Source: Cyanophora paradoxa CCMP329
Lineage: Eukaryota; Plantae; Glaucophyta
NCBI GenBank assembly: GCA_004431415.1
Contig: QPMI01000047.1
Span: forward strand, 124,001 to 188,000
Direction of reading: 5' to 3'
Length of the DNA: 64,000 nucleotides
The notes under the pieces: model-generated
What the model saw: only the letters and a program-made list of their open reading frames with translations
The model's database searches: none
What the model was told of the DNA's origin: nothing
Part shown: positions 45,701-57,016 of the stretch, one piece after another
How the letters are laid out: each line of letters begins with the position of its first letter
How positions within the stretch are numbered: the first letter of the stretch is position 1
Made by a program: the position numbers and the translations under genes

Positions 45701-48700
45701 CGGGGCACGTGGGGCGGGGCGGGGCGGGGGCGGGGGTGGGGTACTACACGCACTGGAGGAGCTCGACGTCTTCCGGGGCGAACGCTCGCCTCTCGCAGAA
45801 GTGAACGGTCACCATGCCTGGCCGCAGGTGCAAGCGGAACCTGAGGTGAGCCGGGGCCCCTCCCTCCCTGTTCGATCGAGCGGCGCGCACCGTTAACGTG
45901 GGCGCCGTAGTGCGTGGAGACGGAGATGGCGGCCTGCACGTTCAGGTGCTCGCAGTAGCTCGCCCACAGCGGGTGCTGCCCCCGAAACGAACAAGCAAGT
46001 GAGATAGACAGAAGGAGAGGCGAGAGAAGGCACGAGCGCGGGGCTCAGTAGAGCTCTGGATCCGGGAGGGGAGGGGGGGCGGAGGAGGAAAAAAAGAGGG
46101 GGGGGGGGGAGGTACAACGGAGCGGACCTTGGCGTACTTGGAGGCGGAGATGTCGTCGATGGCGATGACGCCCTCCGCCTGCAGCTGCACGTAGAACTCC
46201 TGCAGCGGGTGCTGCGCGGAGGGAGGAAGGGAGTGAGGGGAGGGAGGAAGGGAGGGAGTGAGGGGGAGAGGCTTTATCAAACCCTTCTTTAGCCGCTTTA
46301 GAGGGGGAGGGGAGAGGGGGGTACGGCACCTCCTCGAGGGGGCAGGAGGACTTGAAGGTGCCGAAGGCGTGCCACGACTCCATCGGCCGGCTGCACGCCT
46401 CCCTGCGCGCGCCCCCAAGGCCGTTGGGAAAAGGGAATGGGAGACAAGGCGCTTGTTCGCTCTCGTGAAACCGGGGCCCCAGAAGCGCGCGTGTGTGTGT
46501 GTGGGGGGGGGGGTACGCACGTCTTGCACTTGTCGGGGGAGCAGCGGATGGACTCGTAGCAGACGGGGCGGGAGCGGTAGCGGCCCTCCGAGGCCACCCA
46601 GTCCACGCAGTGCATGAAGACCCTGAGGGGGGGAGGGAGGAGGGAGGGAGGAGGGGGGGAGGGAGAAAGACCGTGAGAGAGAGAGATCGGGCGCACACCA
46701 TCTTGCTCTTCTTTATGATAAGACTCTTCTTATCCAGGCGACTTTAGATCGGGCGCACTCTATCTTCCTCTTCTTTATGATTGGAACTTATGATAAGAAC
46801 TCTTCTCATCCAGGCGACGTTGGAATTAGATCGGGCGCACCGGGAGGCGTTGAAGACGTCGCAGATGCGGCGCGTCGCCGACTGGAAGATCACCGCCTCG
46901 TCCAGCGTCTGCCGGATCTCCCTGCGCCCCGCTCAGATCAGATCCGATCCGATCCGGTCCGATCTGATCTGACCTCGTGATCGAGTCGATGAGGTTGGCG
47001 CGCTGGAGCTGCCGCTGGAGCGCCGCGTTCTGCCGGTTGATCTCGTCCACGTACTTCGCCTCTGAAAGGGAGCGAGGGGGGAAAGGGGAAGCGGCGAGGG
47101 CGCGGCGGTCAGAGAGAACGGGGAGAGGAAGGGGCGGGCGTCGGAGGAACAGGGAGGGAGGGCAGGGCGGGCGGGGCGGGGCGGGCGGGGCGGGGCGGGG
47201 CGGGGCCGGCTGGGCGGCGCGGCGCGACGTGGCGGGGCGCACGGGCGATGGCGAGGGCGAGCTTGTCGGCGACGTTCTGCGCGAACGTCAGAGCGGTGCG
47301 GATCTTGGATCTCACATCTCCCAGCGCCCAAACCAGCTCCTCCTCTATGGCATGCCCTCTAAGAGACGTATGCGGCCCCCCAAAAGCGGCGCGCCTGTAT
47401 GAACGCGATGTCGTCGTCGCTCCATACGCGCTCCTGGAAGCACTGGTGCAGCGTGATCCACCCTAAGGCGGGCCGGCTAAGGCGAGAGCAGCGGACGGTG
47501 CTGAGCGGGGGCGGCAGGCACCGTTCAGCTTGCCCCGGTACGTCGTCTTGACCTGCGGGCCGCGGGTTCGAATTCGAATCCCGGTGGGACCCGGAAACAA
47601 GAGGAGAGAAAAAAATCTCGAGGGGTACCTGGACCATGGACGCGATGTGCGACGCGCGGAAGATCTCGGGGTACGCGCCCTCCGACCCGAACATCTGGGT
47701 ACGGTGGCGCATGGGCCCTCGGAAACGGACCCGCCCGGAATCGAACCCGCGTCCGCGAACCTTGACGACAGAGTTGGCAACCAGCGCGTTCATATCGGGG
47801 GCCTCCCAGCGCTGCATGACCTGCGGCGGGCCTTCCCTCTCAGGACGGGGAGGGGGGGGGGGATGAAGGGGGTGGGGGGTACGGACCCCCGCGACCTCCT
47901 CCTTAGACATTTTGTCGTGCGGGTCTGAGGGAGGGGGGCGCGCGGGTCGGTCAGAGGCCGGCGGCAGTGCGTCCGCGCCCGCGGCCGGCTGGAGGCCAGG
48001 GCTGGGCCGGCGGCGAAGCTGGGTTCTCTCTCGGCCATTTATTCACACGCCATCGATCGGGCGCGCGCAACGCAAAGCGAAGCAGAGCGGAGCGGAGCAA
48101 AGCAGACGGGACCGCACCGATGAACTTGCTGACGCCGGGCGCCTCGTAACTGCAGATGTTCGCGAAGTCTGATGGGCGGGCGGTGAGAAGGGAGGGAGGG
48201 CGAGAGGTGGGGCGGGGGGCGGGGGCGGACCGCCGGTGCCGTCAGGGTTCACGGTGGCCTTTGTGATGATGCAGCGGGAGGCCCCGATCGACTGCAAGCG
48301 GCCCGGCGTCAGTTAGATAGATAGATAGTTAGGGCCGATAGATAGTTAGCTAGATAGATAGATAGTTAGATAGATAGTTAGATCGACTGCGCGGCGCGGG
48401 GCGGAGCGGAGTCGATCGGGGATAGATAGTTTGTGATCGACTGCAAGCGGCCCGGCGCGGGGCGGGACGCGGGCCGCGTCAGAGGCGCGGCGCGGGGCGG
48501 GGCGGGGCTGGGTTCGTGGCGGGTGCGGGCGGTCCGATCTAGCCCCCCACGCCGTACTAGCCCCGCCCGCCCCGTCCCCCCGCCCCCGCCCCCGCCCCCC
48601 GCCTCGCACCTCGAGGACGAGGCGGCAGGTCGTCTCGTAGATCTCCTGCTCGTCCAGCGACTGCCGCATCGCCTGCACGCGCGAGAGAGAGATCGTAAGG

Positions 48701-50845
48701 TGGGCTCTTCAAGAGGAGCGAAAAGTTGTGGGCTTTGGAATCGATTTCTATGAGACTAAAAAAAAACTATTCTATAAAACTATAATCGAGGGGGCGGGGG
48801 GAGAGAGGGGGGGGCGGGTGGCGCACGTGGGTGATGCGGTGGGCCAGGGCGGCGCGCTGCGGGGCGGGGCGGGGCGGGCGGGGCGGGGCGGGGGCGTCAG
48901 CGGCGGGGGCGGCGGGGGCGGGAGGGCGGTCTCGCGGCGCGCCTCGTTCTGGCGTGCGAGGGCGGCGGAGCGCAGCCGCTCCTCCCGCAGCTTCCGGTCC
49001 GTTAGGAGCGCCGCCCCGACCTGCGCCGCCGCCCTCAGAAAGAAAGAAAGCGCCCAAGTTGCTATCTTAGTTGGTTAGGTGGATTCTTGCTATCTTGAGC
49101 TTAGTTACTTCGGGTGGGCCGCCCGGACGGGGGTACCTTGTTCGCGACGGTGTAGAGGGCGCCGCGGTCGAGGCTCGGGGCCCAGGCGGCGGGGCCGCGG
49201 GACGTGGCGAGGAGCAGGACTCCGTTCGCGAGCGTCGGCTGCTCGTGCGCGTGGAACTGCGTGCCCCCATCGGTCAGCCAGAGGGACGCGCGCGCGCCCC
49301 GCCGCGATCGGCCAGAGGGAGCGACGCCGGCTCAGCGGCTCCCCCTTTGTCGCTGTGTAATTTGCGTCGTACGGGGACGGGGGGTACGCACGGCGCGGAG
49401 GAGGAGCGCCGAGGCGGCGGCGGAGGCCTCCAGGGCGCCCCGGAGCACGCTCCCCTGCGGCAGCTCCGACGGCGCCAGCGGCTGCGGAGAATGCTCAGGC
49501 GAGCTCGCGCGGGCGGGCTCAGGTGAGGTGGGGGGGTAGACGGATGGAGGGCGCACGGCGTCGCTGGAGGAGTAGTCCTCGATCTCGCTGCGGAGGCGGG
49601 CCCCCGCCTCCGCTTCCAGCCCGGAGACGTACCCGGCCACCGACCGCAGCGCCGTACCCGGCGCCAGCGCCTCCCCAACCACCTGGCCCCCCGCGGATCA
49701 AATTCGGATCCAATTCGGATTTGATCCGCGGATCAAACTCGAATTTGATCCGCGCACGGAGAGGCCGCCCTCAGGCTCGAAGGCGAGAAACAGGGAGAGC
49801 TCCGCGTCGGCGACGGCGCGGGCGCCCTCCGGGGCCCCCGAGAGCCCTTCCTTCCGCATCCGCTCGCCCGCCGAGACCAGCGCATCGGAGAGGAACAGGC
49901 GCCGCTGCCGCAGTGCCGTCCGGCGTCGGACTCGGGCGCGGATCGGCGCGCGCCCGCGGCGCTCACCTCGAGCTCCCGCCGCGACGCCCGCTCCTCGGCG
50001 GACTCCTCGAGCGAGCAGAGCGCTGCGCGGGCGGGCCTGAGCGGCGGCGGGAGCGGCGGCCTCGGGGGCGGGCGCGCGGACCGGCGCCGAACTGTTGCAG
50101 CACAGAGTCGAACGCGTCTCCCTCCGCGTCGCTGAGGTCCGGCCGGTCCTCCGCCTGCGCGCCCGCCGTGCGTCGCTCAGCCGCGGCGCCGCGCAGCGCA
50201 GTCTGCCGGGCGGGCGGCGCGCACGAATGCGCAGCAGACGATGATGCGCGACTGGCCGCGGAAGGGCCGCTTCAGGTCCACGGCGCCCGAGTACCAGGAG
50301 CCCTTTCCCTCGTCCCGCACGGCGCGCCGCCGCTCGGGCGTCCGCGGCCGGCTCTCGTTCGAGCGCGGTGACTCCGCGGCGTCGCCGGCGCGGCGCCACA
50401 CCACCAGCGGCCCGTCGCCCTCGACCGGGAGGGATTGAAGCGGAACGCCGGGCCGGACCCATTCGAACGCGACGGCCTTCCCGCCCGTGTAAACGCGCGT
50501 CCTGCGGCGCGGCGCGGGTTCGAAGAGGGTGGCATGATTAGCACCGCAGCAGCGTACCTGTCGCTTCCCAAGCCCGCACTCTGCGGAAAGAATGTCTATG
50601 TTAGATGCGGCCAGCGGCGGGCGGCGAGCTCGGCGCGGGCGGCGGCGCCGCGCCCTGCAACGGCGGCGCACCAGGCACTCGGCGAGGAGTTCAAAGAGGG
50701 CGCTCGCGTCGGCTGCGAGCCGGTAAGAGCCGCTCCATTTCAACACCGCGGCCAGCAGGCTGCGCCGCCAATCAGCCCGCGGCCGCGCCGCAGGCGGGCG
50801 AGCGGCCGGAGAGCCCGGAACAGACCCGTCGCCGCCGCAGGCCAT
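39724..50845 (-). CDS. Hybrid sensor histidine kinase (GAF-like input domains, HisKA, HATPase_c, receiver), many short introns
   Basis: [12 protein letters not shown]|RTPMNAVIG (H box), [14 protein letters not shown] (N), VIDSGVGI (G1), [22 protein letters not shown] (G2), [22 protein letters not shown]|[26 protein letters not shown]|[10 protein letters not shown]; upstream [24 protein letters not shown]-like. 5' end uncertain. Confidence 0.9.
41567..41635. repeat. (GGAAA)n intronic microsatellite
   Basis: Direct reading; shorter runs at 43010-43040 and 43206-43243. Confidence 0.9.
48312..48432. repeat. (TAGA)n-type intronic microsatellite
   Basis: Direct reading. Confidence 0.8.
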
Positions 50846-52146
50846 CGCCCCGTTCAGCGCCGCAGCCCGCCGCGCTGTTCTGCAGCCGCCGCCGGCAGGC
50901 ACAATTGCCAGCAAGTAACTGATTGTCGAAGAGTTCGAAGTGGAGCTGGACTCTGCTGCTGGAGCCGCCGCGATTTCGCCGCCGCCACAACCACCGTTTG
51001 CCCGCTAGCGCTTCGCCGGGCCGGTACCGGTGCTTGCTCAAGCTCTTCGGTCCTCTACCGGTCGGCGGCTAGATTGCGGCTAGATTGCGGATCTCAGAAC
51101 GAACGGATCAGGAGCCTCGGGCCCTCGACTACTAGTAGTACTGCCGCTACTGCGGCCTCGATCGACGTGTAGTAGTCGTCGTATACGCGTACTCCGGCGG
51201 CGACCGGCGCGGATCCCGGACAACGCGGTACCGTAGTACGCACGTAACGCACCCGCGCCGCGCGCCGCGCGCCGCGCCGCGGGGTTCAAGGGGGTTACCG
51301 GTACTCGGACTTGCTCCCTCATGCAGACAGTCACACTGGCTCACAGGCGGGCCCAATGGCCCATTCAGCTCGTGAATTGGGGTACACGTTTTCGGGGCTC
51401 GATGACCGACGGTTCGAATATCGAATTCGCTGCTGCGCATGCATATGCGCAATGCGCATGCTGTGTGATCGTGCCCGGCCGGCGCCGCATATATATGCCA
51501 TGATGCATGCGCACGATCGCGATCGATCGCGATCGCGAGGCCGGGCGACGCGAGCCTGCGATCGCGAGTCTGCGACTCTGCGCGCGACTCCTGCCTCGGA
51601 CAAGAGGCTCAGCGGCTGTGCATGCGGGCCTGCGGCTGCGTAACGACCCGTCGGACTCCTCCCCTCGGACCTGAGCATGCGCGACGTTAACGCCGAGCAT
51701 GCGCATGCATCGCTATATAGCTAGCTACTTCGGCCGCGGATGCACTGCGCATGCGGCACACGCGCGCGCAGCGCGAGGCAATGCTGCGCATGCTGCGCGG
51801 CGGCTGCGCTGCATGCGCAATTTTTGCAAGCCCAGGGCCCAGCTGCAGCTGCAGGGGCCAGCAGGGCTGCTAGCCCTAGCTATTGTGGGCCCTAGGCCCT
51901 CCCCGCCAGCGCTCGAAAACCCGCTCAGCGGCTGAAGCTCATAGCTGGCGCCCGCTCTGCACTCTTCGAGCACCATACGCCCCGAAAGCACGCTCGGCGG
52001 ACGAACTAGGGGAGGGGGCTGACTTCGACTGAGCCTCCGGTCTTTAGGAGAATCGGGTGCGCCTCCGAGCCCGGCTGGCAACTTGGCATCGAGGCCGCTG
52101 AGCCGGCGTCGGCACTCCCTGCGAGCCAGTCCGCTCTGGGCCCGAG

Positions 52147-54597
52147 CTACCGCCAGCCGGAGTAGTTCCCGCTGGAGCCCTGGTTGGGCGGGGGCGCAGG
52201 CTTGTTCGGGCAGTCCTGCGGCCCCCACGGCGCGTCAGCAACTATGGCGGAGAGCAGGCAGGCGGGCGGAGCTGGGGCCAGGCACCCGCGCCATGTGGCC
52301 CGGCTGGTGGCACTGCGCGCAGCGGCGAGGGGCGAGGGGCGGGGGGCGGGGGGCGGGGTCAGAGCGAGCGCGGCGAGCTGCTTGAGCACGAGGGCGGGGG
52401 GCAGGGCGAACGTAGTTGCAAGACATGGAGGGCTTCATTGGGCAGTCTGCGGGGGATTCAGAGGGGTACGAGTGGAGGGAGGGGGGCTAGGGCGGCGAGG
52501 GGGTAGTGCCCGCCTCGGGCGAAGTGGCCGGTCCCGTGGCAGACGTCTGCGGGGGGGTAAGGGGGCGGGAGAGGGGGCGCCGGGGTACAGGCCCGCACAG
52601 CACTCGGTGGAGGACGTGGAGACGCGAGAAGACGACTTGGGGCAGTCCTGCCCGCCGCGCCGTCGGCGGAGCCCGTACCCCCCGCAGCAAGATTTTGGGG
52701 GAGGGGGGTACCTTCGCGATGTGGCCCACGCCGTTGCAGGTGCGGCACACGATGCCCTGCGGGCAGTCCCGCGCCGTGTGCCCCTGGAATCGAATCCCGG
52801 CGTGAGATTCCGGGCTTCGGGGGATTCGACCCGGCGGCGGCGCACGTGTCCGTGGCAGTTGAAGCAGGTCGTACCCCCTGGCTCCATGCAGTTCTTGGCC
52901 ATGTGCCCCGGCTTGCCGCACCTGCGGGGGGAGAATCCTCAGGGGGGTACGGCGTCGCGAAAGAGGTATGGGGGCGCACCGGAAGCACATGTCGGGGCCC
53001 GAGGGACCCGCACGACCCCCGGGGCTCGAGCTGGGGTACGCCGAACCCCCGCGGTCGTCTCGGCCGTACCCGCCCCGGTCGTCGCGGCGATCGTACCCGC
53101 CCCGGTCGTCGCGGCGATCGTACCCTCCCCGGTCGTCCCGGCGGTCGTACCCCCGGTCCCAGTCGTCCCTCCGGTCGTCGCGGCGGTCGTACCCCGGGTC
53201 GGGCGCGGCGGGAAGGGGCGCGGCCCCGCCGGCGGCCTGGGCGTTGGCGATGAGCTGGGCCAGACCGGCGGCCAGGGCGACGCCGGCAAGGGGGTTCCCA
53301 GGCGCGCCGGCCGCCCCGCCTGCGCCAAGGAGGGCTGCCAGGGCGGAGGAAGCGCCCCCGCCCGGATTCGAGCCCAGGGGCGGCACCGGAGCCGGCGGCG
53401 GCAGGCCGGCGCCAGGGCCCAAGCCTCCGAACGCCCCCAGCGCGCCGCCGCCCATCCCGAGGCCGCCGAGAGGCAGGCCGCCCATGCCGAGGCCCATGCC
53501 GAGGCCCATGCTCATTCCGTCGGCGCCGGCGCCGACGCCGGCGCCCCCGGTCGCCAGGCTCGTCGCTAGGTCTGCGGCGGCGGTCAGCGAAGCGGCGGAG
53601 ACTGGAGCCGAAGACGCGGCTGGAGAAGCGCACTCGGCATGAGCTGAATGAGGGCGCTGGCGTCCTGAACGGACATGGACGGCAGGAGCATTCCCCTGCG
53701 CGCGCGCGCGGTGTCGGCGAAGGCGGCGGGCGAAGAAGACCGCGCGCCGCTCACATGGCCGAAGCGACGGCGTGTGTGCCCGTCGGGGCGGGCCCGCCGC
53801 CCCCGCCGCCCCGCCGGTCATCGCCGCCCCATCCCCGCTCCGCCTCGCGCGGTCCCGTACATTCCCTGTGGGGAGATTCGATGCGCGACACGGAAACGAG
53901 ACGTGGACTGCTCGCCTAGCGAAGTGGCCGCGGCCTCCGCACTTGTAGCAGAGCGACGGGTTGACAGGACAGTCCCTGCGCCGGGACATCGGTGCCGACT
54001 TGGGAGGCCAGCTTGAAGCGGGCGGCGCGCCTCTGGAAGTGGCCTTTGCCGTTGCAGCTCCGGCACGTTTCCGCCCGCGGATTGCTCAAGCTGCCCGCGG
54101 GGCTGGGGCAGTCTCTGCGGGCGGCTCAGGGCGGAACGGGATGGACGGGATCGGAGGCGAACCTTTCCGAGTGTCCTTGGCCTGATCGAAGCGAGAAAGC
54201 AAAGTTAGCATGCGCGTAAGCAGCGCCGGACCATTCCCGGCCCTCGCTCCTGATGACACCCGGAACGATCCGGAGACTCGCTAAGCTAGGTGTCTCGAAC
54301 ACGAACCACCGCAACGATCGCAATCCCCGGAACGCTGCTTCTTGGAGGCCCCGCCCTCTGCCCGATGGTTATCACCTCTCGCCTCCGCTCACACACGGCA
54401 GGGTCACTCGCCCGGCGATCTACTGCGACTCCGACGGCGTCTCGCATCGTGCTCCTCTCGTCCCCGCCCGTCGCGGCTAACCAAGGCTCCGTCAACTCTG
54501 GCCGGCCCGCCCGAACGCTCTCGGGTCTCGCAAACGCGCACCTGTAACCGTAGTGCGCGCGCGCAGGCGACACCGGCGATGGGGGCCGGTCTGCCAT
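52147..54597 (-). CDS. Multi-CCHC zinc-knuckle RNA-binding protein (CNBP/GIS2-like) with RS- and DRRDDRGGY-rich segments
   Basis: CRSCNGKGHF, CYKCGGRGHFAR, CFRC|GKPGHMAKNC, CFNCHG|GHTARDC, CRTCNGVGHIAK|DC, CHGTGHFAR, CAQCHQPGHMAR|DC; N-terminal RRRRSRSRSP. Confidence 0.85.
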
Positions 54598-54705
54598 GGT
54601 GGATGACGACTTGCCTGTACCCGGACTTGCTGAGTCGACGGAGTCGTGCCGAGCTATAGCTACGCCGCCCCAGCTCCGCTGCCTCGAAGACGCCCCAGGC
54701 CGTTC

Positions 54706-57016
54706 ATGACAGCGGAGGAGGAGGAGGGCCCGCCTGAGACGATTGAGCGAGAGCCGCAGCGAGAACCGCTGCTAAGCGAGCCACAGGCCGAGCGCGAACC
54801 GCTCGAGCACGGAACGCTGCCGTCAGGCGGCCCGATGTCGGTGCGTCGAGCGCTAGGCCCGGAGAGCGCCCGCGATGTCCGCGGGCGGCGACCCTCGGAC
54901 TCTTCGGTCGTTGTCCCGCGCTGCGCGCCGATGCCTGCGGCCGCAGTTCCTATGGTCCGCTACGAAGGCCGGCTACATACCGCCCGAGGGGCTGCGCAAT
55001 CTCCACAACTACAAGTACAAGGGCGTCGGTGCGCGCCCGTCGCCTCGGGCTGGGCGCCGGCTCTCGTGATGCGCTCGCGCCCAGACCTCTCCCTCCTGAC
55101 GAAATACGTGCTCAACCCCTTCTGGGAGTGGACGCTACGCTTCGTGCCCATGTGGATCGCGTGCGCTCGGGACTCCTGCCGCCGCCGCCAGCGCCGCCGC
55201 CGAGCCCGGGCCGCCCCTCCGCGCAGGCCGAACATGATCACGCTCCTTGGCCTCTGCTGCACCCTCGTCACCTACCTCATAATGCTGTACTACTGCCCCG
55301 ACCTGCAGGGCCGCGCGCCGGCGTGGGTGCGCCGCCCCGCGCCCGCCAGCCCGCCCGCCGCCTGAGCCGCCTGAGCGCGCCCGCGCAGGCCTACGTCCTG
55401 TGTAGCATCGGCCTATTCGCGTACCAGACTATGGACAACCTGGACGGAAAACAGGTACCCAGCGCCCTTGCTCCTCCCCCCCCCCCCCGCCGCTCTCTGA
55501 CCTCCCGCCCGCCCCGCCGCAGGCCCGCCGGACGCGCACTTCTTCCCCCCTGGGACAGCTCTTCGACCACGGATGCGACGCGCTCTCCTGCATGGCGCGC
55601 GCTCTCGTTTGCCGTACCCCGCCCTGCCCGCCCTCCCCTGACGCCCCAGCCCAGATCACGACGCTCACGCTGGCGAGCGCGATTCAGTTGGGGCCCACGT
55701 GGGCCACCGTTATTCTCGGATTCCATCTCTTCGTGACGTTCTACCTAGCCTCCTGGGAGGAGTGCGCCGTACCCCCTCCCGCCTCCGACCGCGTACCCCC
55801 CCTAACCCGCGACTGGGCGACAGGTACCACACAGGTGTCCTGTTCCTCGGCATCGTCAGCGGCCCCATCGAGGGCATCATATGCATATGCATCGTCTACA
55901 TGATGACCGCGTTCGTCGGTCTGTACCCCCCCCCCCCGCGCGGCGGTGGATTTTCCGCACCCCGGCCTCGCCCCGATTCATTTGCATACCTCGCCGCGCA
56001 GGCCCCGCCTTCTGGACGAACACGTTCGCGGACTGGGGGTACTACGGCGTCTTCGCGGGTATGCAGATGAACGAGGCGAGCGCTCCCCCTTCCCCTCCCT
56101 CCTGGGTACAGCGATTCGGCCGCCTGATCCCCCGCCGCAGGTCTTCGCCGTCGGTTTCTGCACGACGGCTGCCCTCACGGGCGTCTGGAAGTGCGCACCC
56201 CGCGGCCGGCGTACCCCACCCCCCGTCCCGTCTGATCCGCGTACCCCCGCCGCCCTGCAGCATACGAACTGTGATTCTCGAGGTCCGAAGGTCAGGCGGC
56301 CGGCTCGGCCCCTCCTTCCGCCTTGTGGGCAACCTACCCCCCTCCCTCCCCTGTACTCTGTACCCCCGCCTCACGTCCCGGGACCGCAGCTGCTCCCGAC
56401 GGTGCTCCTCACCGTGCTCACGTGCTGGTGGCTCTACGTGAGCCCGAGCGCCATCCTGCGGCACCGCGCCCGCTCCGCCATCTGCCTCGTCGGATTCATC
56501 GCCTCCAACCAAGTCGTGCGCGCCCCGTACCCCCGCCCCGCCCCGCCCCGCCCCGCCCCGCTCTATCTCCCGACCGATTCGCTGACTCGGCGGTACGCTA
56601 GGCCCGCATCATCATCGCCCGCCTGTGCAACTGCCCATTCCAGCCGGGGTACCTCCTCCTCGCCCCCATGGGGCTCGCCGTCGTGAACGCCTACACGGGC
56701 GTCTTCAAGCACGGGTACGCCGTTTTCTCTCTTTACCCCCCCCCCCAAATCCGACGGAACCGCGTTCGCGTACCCCCAGGCCGGCCTTCATCGACGAGGA
56801 CTGGCTGCTGAACCTGTACCTGGGTGGCGCCTTCCTTGCCTGGCTCCACCTCTCCATCTCCATCATCAACGTACCCCCCTCCCGCTCTTCCTCCCCCCCC
56901 ACTTTTTCGTTTGACTCACTCCTCTGCAGGACTTCACGACCTTCCTCCACATCCGATGCCTCTGGATCCCGTACCCCCCGCCCTCTGAGACCCAGATGCC
57001 CAACACGCGGCAGTAG
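54706..57016 (+). CDS. AAPT: Choline/ethanolamine phosphotransferase (aminoalcoholphosphotransferase, CDP-alcohol phosphatidyltransferase family)
   Basis: NLHNYKYKGV|DLSLLTKYVLNPFW..WIA|PNMITLLG; YQTMDNLDGKQ|ARRTRTSSPLGQLFDHGCD signature; WEE|YHTGVLFLG..GPIEG; TAG 57014-57016. Confidence 0.93.

Noticed and set aside
39724-50845. Calling the kinase a phytochrome or ethylene receptor
   Set aside because: No chromophore-binding DIP/CH motif or N-terminal ethylene-binding TM helices were recognised.
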